In this document: positions 10,182-24,926 of the stretch, in pieces
Position numbering within the stretch: the stretch's first letter is position 1
Layout of the letters: every line of letters begins with the position of its first letter
Origin: Auanema rhodensis
Lineage: Eukaryota > Animalia > Nematoda
Assembly (NCBI GenBank): GCA_964057225.1
Contig: OZ059898.1
Span: 18,104,001-18,168,000, forward strand
Length of the DNA: 64,000 nt
Reading direction: 5' to 3'
The notes under the pieces: model-generated
Databases searched by the model: none
Told to the model about the DNA's origin: nothing
What the model saw: only the letters and a program-made list of their open reading frames with translations
Made by a program: the position numbers and the translations under genes

Positions 10182-13100
10182 AAAAAATTTTTGTCAAAAT
10201 GTTTTTGGAAGCAATGTTGAGTGTACATGGAAACTCAACATACACTAATGCATCATTTTTCAAACGATCATAACTAATTTTTGTATTAAGCGTTTCTCAA
10301 AGTAGTATAGTGCATTCGATGCGGATTTTTAAGCTGCGTCGATCTGTGTTATCAGATCTGCGCTAGCTTAAAAATGCACCGAGATATCAACTGATATAAG
10401 TTCACACTTATTTCCTCGATTTTCACCCTGAAGAATTAATTTTTTCGTTGAATAACATTGTCCATCGTCTTTGCCTTGAAAAAAGGAATCTAAAAACATC
10501 TACTTTTTGCTAAATTATTTTGAAATTTTTTGAAAAAATTTTTGTCAAAATGTTTTTGGAAGCAATGTTGAGTGTACATGGAAACTCAACATACACTAAT
10601 GCATCATTTTTCAAACGATCATAACTAATTTTTGTATTAAGCGTTTCTCAAAGTAGTATAGTGCATTCGATGCGGATTTTTAAGCTGCGTCGATCTGTGT
10701 TATCAGATCTGCGCTAGCTTAAAAATGCACCGAGATATCAACTGATATAAGTTCACACTTATTTCCTCGATTTTCACCCTGAAGAATTAATTTTTTCGTT
10801 GAATAACATTGTCCATGGTCTTTGCCTTGAAAAAAGGAATCTAAAAACATCTACTTTTTGCTAAATTATTTTGAAATTTTTTGAAAAAATTTTTGTCAAA
10901 ATGTTTTTGGAAGCAATGTTGAGTGTACATGGAAACTCAACATACACTAATGCATCATTTTTCAAACGATCATAACTAATTTTTGTATAAAGCGTTTTTC
11001 AATGTAGTATAGTGCATTCGATGCGGATTTTTAAGCTGCGTCGATCTGTGTTATCAGATTTGCGCTAGCTTAAAAATGCACCGAGATATCAACTGATATA
11101 AGTTCACACTTATTTCCTCGATTTTCACCCTGAAGAATTAATTTTTTCGTTGAATAACATTGTCCATCGTCTTTGCCTTGAAAAAAGGAATCTAAAAACA
11201 TCTACTTTTTGCTAAATTATTTCGAAATTTTTTGAAAAAATTTTTGTCAAAATGTTTTTGGAAGCAATGTTGAGTGTACATGGAAACTCAACATACACTA
11301 ATGCATCATTTTTCAAACGATCATAACTAATTTTTGTATTAAGCGTTTCTCAAAGTAGTATAGTGCATTCGATGCGGATTTTTAAGCTGCGTCGATCTGT
11401 GTTATCAGATCTGCGCTAGCTTAAAAATGCACCGAGATATCAACTGATATAAGTTCACACTTATTTCCTCGATTTTCACCCTGAAGAATTAATTTTTTCG
11501 TTGAATAACATTGTCCATCGTCTTTGCCTTGAAAAAAGGAATCTAAAAACATCTACTTTTTGCTAAATTATTTCGAAATTTTTTGAAAAAATTTTTGTCA
11601 AAATGTTTTTGGAAGCAATGTTGAGTGTACATGGAAACTCAACATACACTAATGCATCATTTTTCAAACGATCATAACTAATTTTTGTATTAAGCGTTTC
11701 TCAAAGTAGTATAGTGCATTCGATGCGGATTTTTAAGCTGCGTCGATCTGTGTTATCAGATCTGCGCTAGCTTAAAAATGCACCGAGATATCAACTGATA
11801 TAAGTTCACACTTATTTCCTCGATTTTCACCCTGAAGAATTAATTTTTTCGTTGAATAACATTGTCCATCGTCTTTGCCTTGAAAAAAGGAATCTAAAAA
11901 CATTTCTGTTTGCTAAATTATCTTGAAATTTTTTGAAAAAATTTTTGTCAAAATGTTTTTGGAAGCAATGTTGAGTGTACATGGAAACTCAACATACACT
12001 AATGCATCATTTTTCAAACGATCATAACTAATTTTTGTATAAAGCGTTTTTCAATGTAGTATAGTGCATTCGATGCAGATTTTTAAGCTGCGTCGATCTG
12101 TGTTATCAGATTTGCGCTAGCTTAAAAATGCACCGAGATATCAACTGATATATGTTCACACTTATTTCCTCGATTTTCACCCTGAAGAATTAATTTTTTC
12201 GTTGAATAACATTGTCCATCGTCTTTGCCTTGAAAAAAGGAATCTAAAAACATCTACTTTTTGCTAAATTATTTCGAAATTTTTTGAAAAAATTTTTGTC
12301 AAAATGTTTTTGGAAGCAATGTTGAGTGTACATGGAAACTCAACATACACTAATGCATCATTTTTCAAACGATCATAACTAATTTTTGTATTAAGCGTTT
12401 CTCAAAGTAGTATAGTGCATTCGATGCGGATTTTTAAGCTGCGTCGATCTGTGTTATCAGATCTGCGCTAGCTTAAAAATGCACCGAGATATCAACTGAT
12501 ATAAGTTCACACTTATTTCCTCGATTTTCACCCTGAAGAATTAATTTTTTCGTTGAATAACATTGTCCATCGTCTTTGCCTTGAAAAAAGGAATCTAAAA
12601 ACATCTACTTTTTGCTAAATTATTTTGAAATTTTTTGAAAAAATTTTTGTCAAAATGTTTTTGGAAGCAATGTTGAGTGTACATGGAAACTCAACATACA
12701 CTAATGCATCATTTTTCAAACGATCATAACTAATTTTTGTATAAAGCGTTTTTCAATGTAGTATAGTGCATTCGATGCGGATTTTTAAGCTGCGTCGATC
12801 TGTGTTATCAGATTTGCGCTAGCTTAAAAATGCACCGAGATATCAACTGATATAAGTTCACACTTATTTCCTCGATTTTCACCCTGAAGAATTAATTTTT
12901 TCGTTGAATAACATTGTCCATCGTCTTTGCCTTGAAAAAAGGAATCTAAAAACATCTACTTTTTGCTAAATTATTTTGAAATTTTTTGAAAAAATTTTTG
13001 TCAAAATGTTTTTGGAAGCAATGTTGAGTGTACATGGAAACTCAACATACACTAATGCATCATTTTTCAAACGATCATAACTAATTTTTGTATTAAGCGT

Positions 13101-13690
13101 TTCTCAAAGTAGTATAGTGCATTCGATGCGGATTTTTAAGCTGCGTCGATCTGTGTTATCAGATCTGCGCTAGCTTAAAAATGCACCGAGATATCAACTG
13201 ATATAAGTTCACACTTATTTCCTCGATTTTCACCCTGAAGAATTAATTTTTTCGTTGAATAACATTGTCCATCGTCTTTGCCTTGAAAAAAGGAATCTAA
13301 AAACATCTACTTTTTGCTAAATTATTTTGAAATTTTTTGAAAAAATTTTTGTCAAAATGTTTTTGGAAGCAATGTTGAGTGTACATGGAAACTCAACATA
13401 CACTAATGCATCATTTTTCAAACGATCATAACTAATTTTTGTATAAAGCGTTTTTCAATGTAGTATAGTGCATTCGATGCGGATTTTTAAGCTGCGTCGA
13501 TCTGTGTTATCAGATTTGCGCTAGCTTAAAAATGCACCGAGATATCAACTGATATAAGTTCACACTTATTTCCTCGATTTTCACCCTGAAGAATTAATTT
13601 TTTCGTTGAATAATATTGTCCATCGTCTTTGCCTTGAAAAAAGGAATCTAAAAACATCTACTTTTTGCTAAATTATTTTGAAATTTTTTG

Positions 13691-16600
13691 AAAAAATTTT
13701 TGTCAAAATGTTTTTGGAAGCAATGTTGAGTGTACATGGAAACTCAACATACACTAATGCATCATTTTTCAAACGATCATAACTAATTTTTGTATTAAGC
13801 GTTTCTCAAAGTAGTATAGTGCATTCGATGCGGATTTTTAAGCTGCGTCGATCTGTGTTATCAGATTTGCGCTAGCTTAAAAATGCACCGAGATATCAAC
13901 TGATATAAGTTCACACTTATTTCCTCGATTTTCACCCTGAAGAATTAATTTTTTCGTTGAATAACATTGTCCATCGTCTTTGCCTTGAAAAAAGGAATCT
14001 AAAAACATCTTCTTTTTGCTAAATTATTTTGAAATTTTTTGAAAAAAATTTTTGTCAAAATGTTTTTGGAAGCAATGTTGAGTGTACATGGAAACTCAAC
14101 ATACACTAATGCATCATTTTTCAAACGATCATAACTAATTTTTGTATAAAGCGTTTCTCAATGTAGTATAGTGCATTCGATGCGGATTTTTAAGCTGCGT
14201 CGATCTGTATTATCAGATTTGCGCTAGCTTAAAAATGCACCGAGATATCAACTGATATAAGTTCACACTTATATCCTCGATTTTCACCCTGAAGAATTAA
14301 TTTTTTTGTTGAATAACATTGTCCATCGTCTTTGCCTTGAAAAAAGGAATCTAAAAACATCTACTTTTTGCTAAATTATTTTGAAATTTTTTGAAAAAAT
14401 TTTTGTCAAAATGTTTTTGGAAGCAATGTTGAGTGTACATGGAAACTCAACATACACTAATGCATCATTTTTCAAACGATCATAACTAATTTTTGTATTA
14501 AGCGTTTCTCAATGTAGTATAGTGCATTCGATGCGGATTTTTAAGCAGCGTCGATCTGTGTTATCAGATTTGCGCTAGCTTAAAAATGCACCGAGATATC
14601 AACTGAAATAAGTTCACACTTATATCCTCGATTTTCACCCTGAAGAATTAATTTTTTTGTTGAAAAACATTGTCCATCGTGTTTGCCTTGAAAAAAGGAA
14701 TCTAAAAACATCTACTTTTTGCTAAATTATTTTGAAATTTTTTGAAAAAATTTTTGTCAAAATGTTTTTGGAAGCAATGTTGAGTGTACATGGAAACTCA
14801 ACATACACTAATGCATCATTTTTCAAACGATCATAACTAATTTTTGTATTAAGCGTTTCTCAAAGTAGTATAGTGCATTCGATGCGGATTTTTAAGCTGC
14901 GTCGATCTGTGTTATCAGATTTGCGCTAGCTTAAAAATGCACCGAGATATCAACTGATATAAGTTCACACTTATATCCTCGATTTTCACCCTGAAGAATT
15001 AATTTTTTTGTTGAATAACATTGTCCATCGTCTTTGCCTTGAAAAAAGGAATCTAAAAACATCTACTTTTTGCTAAATTATTTTGAAATTTTTTGAAAAA
15101 ATTTTTGTCAAAATGTTTTTGGAAGCAATGTTGAGTGTACATGGAAACTCAACATACACTAATGCATCATTTTTCAAACGATCATAACTAATTTTTGTAT
15201 AAAGCGTTTCTCAATGTAGTATAGTGCATTCGATGCGGATTTTTAAGCTGCGTCGATCTGTGTTATCAGATTTGCGCTAGCTTAAAAATGCACCGAGATA
15301 TCAACTGATATAAGTTCACACTTATATCCTCGATTTTCACCCTGAAGAATTAATTTTTTCGTTGAAAAACATTTTCCATCGTGTTTGCCTTGAAAAAAGG
15401 AATCTAAAAACATCTACTTTTTGCTAAATTATTTTGAAATTTTTCGAAAAAATTTTTGTCAAAATGTTTTTGGAAGCAATGTTGAGTGTACATGGAAACT
15501 CAACATACACTAATGCATCATTTTTCAAACGATCATAACTAATTTTTGTATTAAGCGTTTCTCAAAGTAGTATAGTGCATTCGATGCGGATTTTTAAGCT
15601 GCGTCGATCTGTGTTATCAGATTTGCGCTAGCTTAAAAATGCACCGAGATATCAACTGATATAAGTTCACACTTATTTCCTCGATTTTCACCCTGAAGAA
15701 TTAATTTTTTCGTTGAATAACATTGTCCATCGTCTTTGCCTTGAAAAAAGGAATCTAAAAACATCTTCTTTTTGCTAAATTATTTTGAAATTTTTTGAAA
15801 AAAATTTTTGTCAAAATGTTTTTGGAAGCAATGTTGAGTGTACATGGAAACTCAACATACACTAATGCATCATTTTTCAAACGATCATAACTAATTTTTG
15901 TATAAAGCGTTTCTCAATGTAGTATAGTGCATTCGATGCGGATTTTTAAGCTGCGTCGATCTGTATTATCAGATTTGCGCTAGCTTAAAAATGCACCGAG
16001 ATATCAACTGATATAAGTTCACACTTATATCCTCGATTTTCACCCTGAAGAATTAATTTTTTTGTTGAATAACATTGTCCATCGTCTTTGCCTTGAAAAA
16101 AGGAATCTAAAAACATCTACTTTTTGCTAAATTATTTTGAAATTTTTTGAAAAAATTTTTGTCAAAATGTTTTTGGAAGCAATGTTGAGTGTACATGGAA
16201 ACTCAACATACACTAATGCATCATTTTTCAAACGATCATAACTAATTTTTGTATTAAGCGTTTCTCAATGTAGTATAGTGCATTCGATGCGGATTTTTAA
16301 GCAGCGTCGATCTGTGTTATCAGATTTGCGCTAGCTTAAAAATGCACCGAGATATCAACTGAAATAAGTTCACACTTATATCCTCGATTTTCACCCTGAA
16401 GAATTAATTTTTTTGTTGAAAAACATTGTCCATCGTGTTTGCCTTGAAAAAAGGAATCTAAAAACATCTACTTTTTGCTAAATTATTTTGAAATTTTTTG
16501 AAAAAATTTTTGTCAAAATGTTTTTGGAAGCAATGTTGAGTGTACATGGAAACTCAACATACACTAATGCATCATTTTTCAAACGATCATAACTAATTTT

Positions 16601-19600
16601 TGTATTAAGCGTTTCTCAAAGTAGTATAGTGCATTCGATGCGGATTTTTAAGCTGCGTCGATCTGTGTTATCAGATTTGCGCTAGCTTAAAAATGCACCG
16701 AGATATCAACTGATATAAGTTCACACTTATATCCTCGATTTTCACCCTGAAGAATTAATTTTTTTGTTGAATAACATTGTCCATCGTCTTTGCCTTGAAA
16801 AAAGGAATCTAAAAACATCTACTTTTTGCTAAATTATTCTGAAATTTTTTGAAAAAATTTTTGTCAAAATGTTTTTGGAAGCAATGTTGAGTGTACATGG
16901 AAACTCAACATACACTAATGCATCATTTTTCAAACGATCATAACTAATTTTTGTATAAAGCGTTTCTCAATGTAGTATAGTGCATTCGATGCGGATTTTT
17001 AAGCTGCGTCGATCTGTGTTATCAGATTTGCGCTAGCTTAAAAATGCACCGAGATATCAACTGATATAAGTTCACACTTATATCCTCGATTTTCACCCTG
17101 AAGAATTAATTTTTTCGTTGAAAAACATTTTCCATCGTGTTTGCCTTGAAAAAAGGAATCTAAAAACATCTACTTTTTGCTAAATTATTTTGAAATTTTT
17201 CGAAAAAATTTTTGTCAAAATGTTTTTGGAAGCAATGTTGAGTGTACATGGAAACTCAACATACACTAATGCATCATTTTTCAAACGATCATAACTAATT
17301 TTTGTATTAAGCGGTTCTCAATGTAGTATAGTGCATTCGATGCGGATTTTTAAGCTGCGTCGATCTGTGTTATCAGATTTGCGCTAGCTTAAAAATGCAC
17401 CGAGATATCAACTGATATAAGTTCACACTTATATCCTCGATTTTCACCCTGAAGAATTAATTTTTTCGTTGAATAACATTGTCCATCGTCTTTGCCTTGA
17501 AAAAAGGAATCTAAAAACATCTACTTTTTGCTAAATTATTCTGAAATTTTTCGAAAAAATTTTTGTCAAAATGTTTTTGGAAGCAATGTTGAGTGTACAT
17601 GGAAACTCAACATACACTAATGCATCATTTTTCAAACGATCATAACTAATTTTTGTATTAAGCGTTTCTCAATGTAGTATAGTGCATTCGATGCGGATTT
17701 TTAAGCAGCGTCGATCTGTGTTATCAGATTTGCGCTAGCTTAAAAATGCACCGAGATATCAACTGAAATAAGTTCACACTTATATCCTCGATTTTCACCC
17801 TGAAGAATTAATTTTTTTGTTGAAAAACATTGTCCATCGTGTTTGCCTTGAAAAAAGGAATCTAAAAACATCTACTTTTTGCTAAATTATTTTGAAATTT
17901 TTTGAAAAAATTTTTGTCAAAATGTTTTTGGAAGCAATGTTGAGTGTACATGGAAACTCAACATACACTAATGCATCATTTTTCAAACGATCATAACTAA
18001 TTTTTGTATTAAGCGTTTCTCAAAGTAGTATAGTGCATTCGATGCGGATTTTTAAGCTGCGTCGATCTGTGTTATCAGATTTGCGCTAGCTTAAAAATGC
18101 ACCGAGATATCAACTGATATAAGTTCACACTTATATCCTCGATTTTCACCCTGAAGAATTAATTTTTTTGTTGAATAACATTGTCCATCGTCTTTGCCTT
18201 GAAAAAAGGAATCTAAAAACATCTACTTTTTGCTAAATTATTTTGAAATTTTTTGAAAAAATTTTTGTCAAAATGTTTTTGGAAGCAATGTTGAGTGTAC
18301 ATGGAAACTCAACATACACTAATGCATCATTTTTCAAACGATCATAACTAATTTTTGTATAAAGCGTTTCTCAATGTAGTATAGTGCATTCGATGCGGAT
18401 TTTTAAGCTGCGTCGATCTGTGTTATCAGATTTGCGCTAGCTTAAAAATGCACCGAGATATCAACTGATATAAGTTCACACTTATATCCTCGATTTTCAC
18501 CCTGAAGAATTAATTTTTTCGTTGAAAAACATTTTCCATCGTGTTTGCCTTGAAAAAAGGAATCTAAAAACATCTACTTTTTGCTAAATTATTTTGAAAT
18601 TTTTCGAAAAAATTTTTGTCAAAATGTTTTTGGAAGCAATGTTGAGTGTACATGGAAACTCAACATACACTAATGCATCATTTTTCAAACGATCATAACT
18701 AATTTTTGTATTAAGCGTTTCTCAAAGTAGTATAGTGCATTCGATGCGGATTTTTAAGCTGCGTCGATCTGTGTTATCAGATTTGCGCTAGCTTAAAAAT
18801 GCACCGAGATATCAACTGATATAAGTTCACACTTATTTCCTCGATTTTCACCCTGAAGAATTAATTTTTTCGTTGAATAACATTGTCCATCGTCTTTGCC
18901 TTGAAAAAAGGAATCTAAAAACATCTTCTTTTTGCTAAATTATTTTGAAATTTTTTGAAAAAAATTTTTGTCAAAATGTTTTTGGAAGCAATGTTGAGTG
19001 TACATGGAAACTCAACATACACTAATGCATCATTTTTCAAACGATCATAACTAATTTTTGTATAAAGCGTTTCTCAATGTAGTATAGTGCATTCGATGCG
19101 GATTTTTAAGCTGCGTCGATCTGTATTATCAGATTTGCGCTAGCTTAAAAATGCACCGAGATATCAACTGATATAAGTTCACACTTATATCCTCGATTTT
19201 CACCCTGAAGAATTAATTTTTTTGTTGAATAACATTGTCCATCGTCTTTGCCTTGAAAAAAGGAATCTAAAAACATCTACTTTTTGCTAAATTATTTTGA
19301 AATTTTTTGAAAAAATTTTTGTCAAAATGTTTTTGGAAGCAATGTTGAGTGTACATGGAAACTCAACATACACTAATGCATCATTTTTCAAACGATCATA
19401 ACTAATTTTTGTATTAAGCGTTTCTCAATGTAGTATAGTGCATTCGATGCGGATTTTTAAGCAGCGTCGATCTGTGTTATCAGATTTGCGCTAGCTTAAA
19501 AATGCACCGAGATATCAACTGAAATAAGTTCACACTTATATCCTCGATTTTCACCCTGAAGAATTAATTTTTTTGTTGAAAAACATTGTCCATCGTGTTT

Positions 19601-20713
19601 GCCTTGAAAAAAGGAATCTAAAAACATCTACTTTTTGCTAAATTATTTTGAAATTTTTTGAAAAAATTTTTGTCAAAATGTTTTTGGAAGCAATGTTGAG
19701 TGTACATGGAAACTCAACATACACTAATGCATCATTTTTCAAACGATCATAACTAATTTTTGTATTAAGCGTTTCTCAAAGTAGTATAGTGCATTCGATG
19801 CGGATTTTTAAGCTGCGTCGATCTGTGTTATCAGATTTGCGCTAGCTTAAAAATGCACCGAGATATCAACTGATATAAGTTCACACTTATATCCTCGATT
19901 TTCACCCTGAAGAATTAATTTTTTTGTTGAATAACATTGTCCATCGTCTTTGCCTTGAAAAAAGGAATCTAAAAACATCTACTTTTTGCTAAATTATTTT
20001 GAAATTTTTTGAAAAAATTTTTGTCAAAATGTTTTTGGAAGCAATGTTGAGTGTACATGGAAACTCAACATACACTAATGCATCATTTTTCAAACGATCA
20101 TAACTAATTTTTGTATAAAGCGTTTCTCAATGTAGTATAGTGCATTCGATGCGGATTTTTAAGCTGCGTCGATCTGTGTTATCAGATTTGCGCTAGCTTA
20201 AAAATGCACCGAGATATCAACTGATATAAGTTCACACTTATATCCTCGATTTTCACCCTGAAGAATTAATTTTTTCGTTGAAAAACATTTTCCATCGTGT
20301 TTGCCTTGAAAAAAGGAATCTAAAAACATCTACTTTTTGCTAAATTATTTTGAAATTTTTCGAAAAAATTTTTGTCAAAATGTTTTTGGAAGCAATGTTG
20401 AGTGTACATGGAAACTCAACATACACTAATGCATCATTTTTCAAACGATCATAACTAATTTTTGTATTAAGCGGTTCTCAATGTAGTATAGTGCATTCGA
20501 TGCGGATTTTTAAGCTGCGTCGATCTGTGTTATCAGATTTGCGCTAGCTTAAAAATGCACCGAGATATCAACTGATATAAGTTCACACTTATATCCTCGA
20601 TTTTCACCCTGAAGAATTAATTTTTTCGTTGAATAACATTGTCCATCGTCTTTGCCTTGAAAAAAGGAATCTAAAAACATCTACTTTTTGCTAAATTATT
20701 CTGAAATTTTTCG
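13691..20713. repeat. 5-monomer HOR (1756 bp) nested inside a 9-monomer tandem duplication (3160 bp; 14394-17553 and 17554-20713)
   Basis: Marker aagcagcg at 14547, 16303, 17707 and 19463 (spacings 1756, 1404, 1756). Marker gcggttctc at 17314 and 20474 (3160 apart). Confidence 0.88.
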
Positions 20714-21765
20714 AAAAAATTTTTGTCAAAATGTTTTTGGAAGCAATGTTGAGTGTACATGGAAACTCAACATACACTAATGCATCATTTTCAAACGATC
20801 ATAACTAAATTTTGTATTAAGCGTTTCTCAATGTAGTATAGTGCATTCGATGCGGATTTTTAAGCTGCGTCGATCTGTGTTATCAGATTTGCGCTAGCTT
20901 AAAAATGCACCGAGATATCAACTGATATAAGTTCACACTTATTTCCTCGATTTTCACCCTGAAGAATTAATTTTTTCGTTGAATAACATTGTCCATCGTC
21001 TTTGCCTTGAAAAAAGGAATCTAAAAACATCTACTTTTTGCTAAATTATTTTGAAATTTTTTGAAAAAATTTTTGTCAAAATGTTTTTGGAAGCAATGTT
21101 GAGTGTACATGGAAACTCAACATACACTAATGCATCATTTTTCAAACGATCATAACTAATTTTTGTATTAAGCGCTTCTCAATGTAGTATAGTGCATTCG
21201 ATGCGGATTTTTAAGCTGCGTCGATCTGTGTTATCAGATTTGCGCTAGCTTAAAAATGCACCGAGACATCAACTGATATAAGTTCACACTTATATCCTCG
21301 ATTTTCACCCTGAAGAAATAATTTTTTCGTTGAATAACATTGTCCATCGTCTTTGCCTTGAAAAAAGGAATCTAAAAACATCTACTTTTTGCTAAATTAT
21401 TTTGAAATTTTTCGAAAAAATTTTTGTCAAAATGTTTTTGGAAGCAATGTTGAGTGTACATGGAAACTCAACATACACTAATGCATTATTTTTCAAACGA
21501 TCATAACTAATTTTTGTATTAAGCGTTTCTCAATGTAGTATATTGCATTCGATGCGGATTTTTAAGCTGCGTCGATCTGTGTTATCAGATTTGCGCTAGC
21601 TTAAAAATGCACCGAGATATCAACTGATATAAGTTCACACTTATATCCTCGATTTTCACCCTGAAGAATTAATTTTTTCGTTGAAAAACATTTTCCATCG
21701 TGTTTGCCTTGAAAAAAGGAATCTAAAAACATCTACTTTTTGCTAAATTATTTTGAAATTTTTCG

Positions 21766-24700
21766 AAAAAATTTTTGTCAAAATGTTTTTGGAAGCAATG
21801 TTGAGTGTACATGGAAACTCAACATACACTAATGCATCATTTTTCAAACGATCATAACTAATTTTTGTATAAAGCGTTTCTCAATGTAGTATAGTGCATT
21901 CGATGCGGATTTTTAAGCTGCGTCGATCTGTGTTATCAAATTTGCGCTAGCTTAAAAATGCACCGAGATATCAACTGATATAAGTTCACACTTATTTCCT
22001 CGATTTTCACCCTGAAGAATTAATTTTTTCGTTGAATAACATTGTCCATCGTCTTTGCCTTGAAAAAAGGAATCTAAAAACATCTACTTTTTGCTAAATT
22101 ATTTTGAAATTTTTTGAAAAAATTTTTGTCAAAATGTTTTTGGAAGCAATGTTGAGTGTACATGGAAACTCAACATACACTAATGCATCATTTTTCAAAC
22201 GATCATAACTAATTTTTGTATTAAGCGTTTCTCAATGTAGTATAGTGCATTCGATGCGGATTTTTAAGCTGCGTCGATCTGTGTTATCAGATTTGCGCTA
22301 GCTTAAAAATGCACCGAGATATCAACTGATATAAGTTCACACTTATATCCTCGATTTTCACCCTGAAGAATTAATTTTTTCGTTGAAAAACATTTTCCAT
22401 CGTGTTTGCCTTGAAAAAAGGAATCTAAAAACATCTACTTTTTGCTAAATTATTTCGAAATTTTTCGAAAAAATTTTTGTCAAAATGTTTTTGGAAGCAA
22501 TGTTGAGTGTACATGGAAACTCAACATACACTAATGCATCATTTTTCAAACGATCATAACTAATTTTTGTATTAAGCGTTTTTCAATGTAGTATAGTGCA
22601 TTCGATGCGGATTTTTAAGCTGCGTCGATCTGTGTTATCAGATTTGCGCTAGCTTAAAAATGCACCGAGATATCAACTGATATAAGTTCACACTTATTTC
22701 CTCGATTTTCACCCTGAAGAATTAATTTTTTCGTTGAATAACATTGTCCATCGTCTTTGCCTTGAAAAAAGGAATCTAAAAACATCTTCTTTTTGCTAAA
22801 TTATTTTGAAATTTTTTGAAAAAAATTTTTGTCAAAATGTTTTTGGAAGCAATGTTGAGTGTACATGGAAACTCAACATACACTAATGCATCATTTTTCA
22901 AACGATCATAACTAATTTTTGTATAAAGCGTTTCTCAATGTAGTATAGTGCATTCGATGCGGATTTTTAAGCTGCGTCGATCTGTGTTATCAGATTTGCG
23001 CTAGCTTAAAAATGCACCGAGATATCAACTGATATAAGTTCACACTTATATCCTCGATTTTCACCCTGAAGAATTAATTTTTTCGTTGAAAAACATTTTC
23101 CATCGTGTTTGCCTTGAAAAAAGGAATCTAAAAACATCTACTTTTTGCTAAATTATTTTGAAATTTTTCGAAAAAATTTTTGTCAAAATGTTTTTGGAAG
23201 CAATGTTGAGTGTACATGGAAACTCAACATACACTAATGCATCATTTTTCAAACGATCATAACTAATTTTTGTATAAAGCGTTTCTCAATGTAGTATAGT
23301 GCATTCGATGCGGATTTTTAAGCTGCGTCGATCTGTGTTATCAAATTTGCGCTAGCTTAAAAATGCACCGAGATATCAACTGATATAAGTTCACACTTAT
23401 TTCCTCGATTTTCACCCTGAAGAATTAATTTTTTCGTTGAATAACATTGTCCATCGTCTTTGCCTTGAAAAAAGGAATCTAAAAACATCTACTTTTTGCT
23501 AAATTATTTTGAAATTTTTTGAAAAAATTTTTGTCAAAATGTTTTTGGAAGCAATGTTGAGTGTACATGGAAACTCAACATACACTAATGCATCATTTTT
23601 CAAACGATCATAACTAATTTTTGTATTAAGCGTTTCTCAATGTAGTATAGTGCATTCGATGCGGATTTTTAAGCTGCGTCGATCTGTGTTATCAGATTTG
23701 CGCTAGCTTAAAAATGCACCGAGATATCAACTGATATAAGTTCACACTTATTTCCTCGATTTTCACCCTGAAGAATTAATTTTTTCGTTGAATAACATTG
23801 TCCATCGTCTTTGCCTTGAAAAAAGGAATCTAAAAACATCTTCTTTTTGCTAAATTATTTTGAAATTTTTTGAAAAAAATTTTTGTCAAAATGTTTTTGG
23901 AAGCAATGTTGAGTGTACATGGAAACTCAACATACACTAATGCATCATTTTTCAAACGATCATAACTAATTTTTGTATAAAGCGTTTCTCAATGTAGTAT
24001 AGTGCATTCGATGCGGATTTTTAAGCTGCGTCGATCTGTGTTATCAGATTTGCGCTAGCTTAAAAATGCACCGAGATATCAACTGATATAAGTTCACACT
24101 TATATCCTCGATTTTCACCCTGAAGAATTAATTTTTTCGTTGAAAAACATTTTCCATCGTGTTTGCCTTGAAAAAAGGAATCTAAAAACATCTACTTTTT
24201 GCTAAATTATTTTGAAATTTTTCGAAAAAATTTTTGTCAAAATGTTTTTGGAAGCAATGTTGAGTGTACATGGAAACTCAACATACACTAATGCATCATT
24301 TTTCAAACGATCATAACTAATTTTTGTATAAAGCGTTTCTCAATGTAGTATAGTGCATTCGATGCGGATTTTTAAGCTGCGTCGATCTGTGTTATCAAAT
24401 TTGCGCTAGCTTAAAAATGCACCGAGATATCAACTGATATAAGTTCACACTTATTTCCTCGATTTTCACCCTGAAGAATTAATTTTTTCGTTGAATAACA
24501 TTGTCCATCGTCTTTGCCTTGAAAAAAGGAATCTAAAAACATCTACTTTTTGCTAAATTATTTTGAAATTTTTTGAAAAAATTTTTGTCAAAATGTTTTT
24601 GGAAGCAATGTTGAGTGTACATGGAAACTCAACATACACTAATGCATCATTTTTCAAACGATCATAACTAATTTTTGTATTAAGCGTTTCTCAATGTAGT

Positions 24701-24926
24701 ATAGTGCATTCGATGCGGATTTTTAAGCTGCGTCGATCTGTGTTATCAGATTTGCGCTAGCTTAAAAATGCACCGAGATATCAACTGATATAAGTTCACA
24801 CTTATATCCTCGATTTTCACCCTGAAGAATTAATTTTTTCGTTGAAAAACATTTTCCATCGTGTTTGCCTTAAAAAAAGGAATCTAAAAACATCTACTTT
24901 TTGCTAAATTATTTCGAAATTTTTCG
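21766..24926. repeat. Local 3- to 4-monomer HOR marked by ttatcaaat
   Basis: The G174A marker occurs at 21939, 23344 and 24398 (spacings 1405 and 1054). Confidence 0.75.

Noticed and set aside
11901-11912. Odd monomer end catttctgtttg (1-bp deletion plus a substitution)
   Set aside because: It is a singleton next to a homopolymer and could be a private mutation or a sequencing error; there is no wider pattern.
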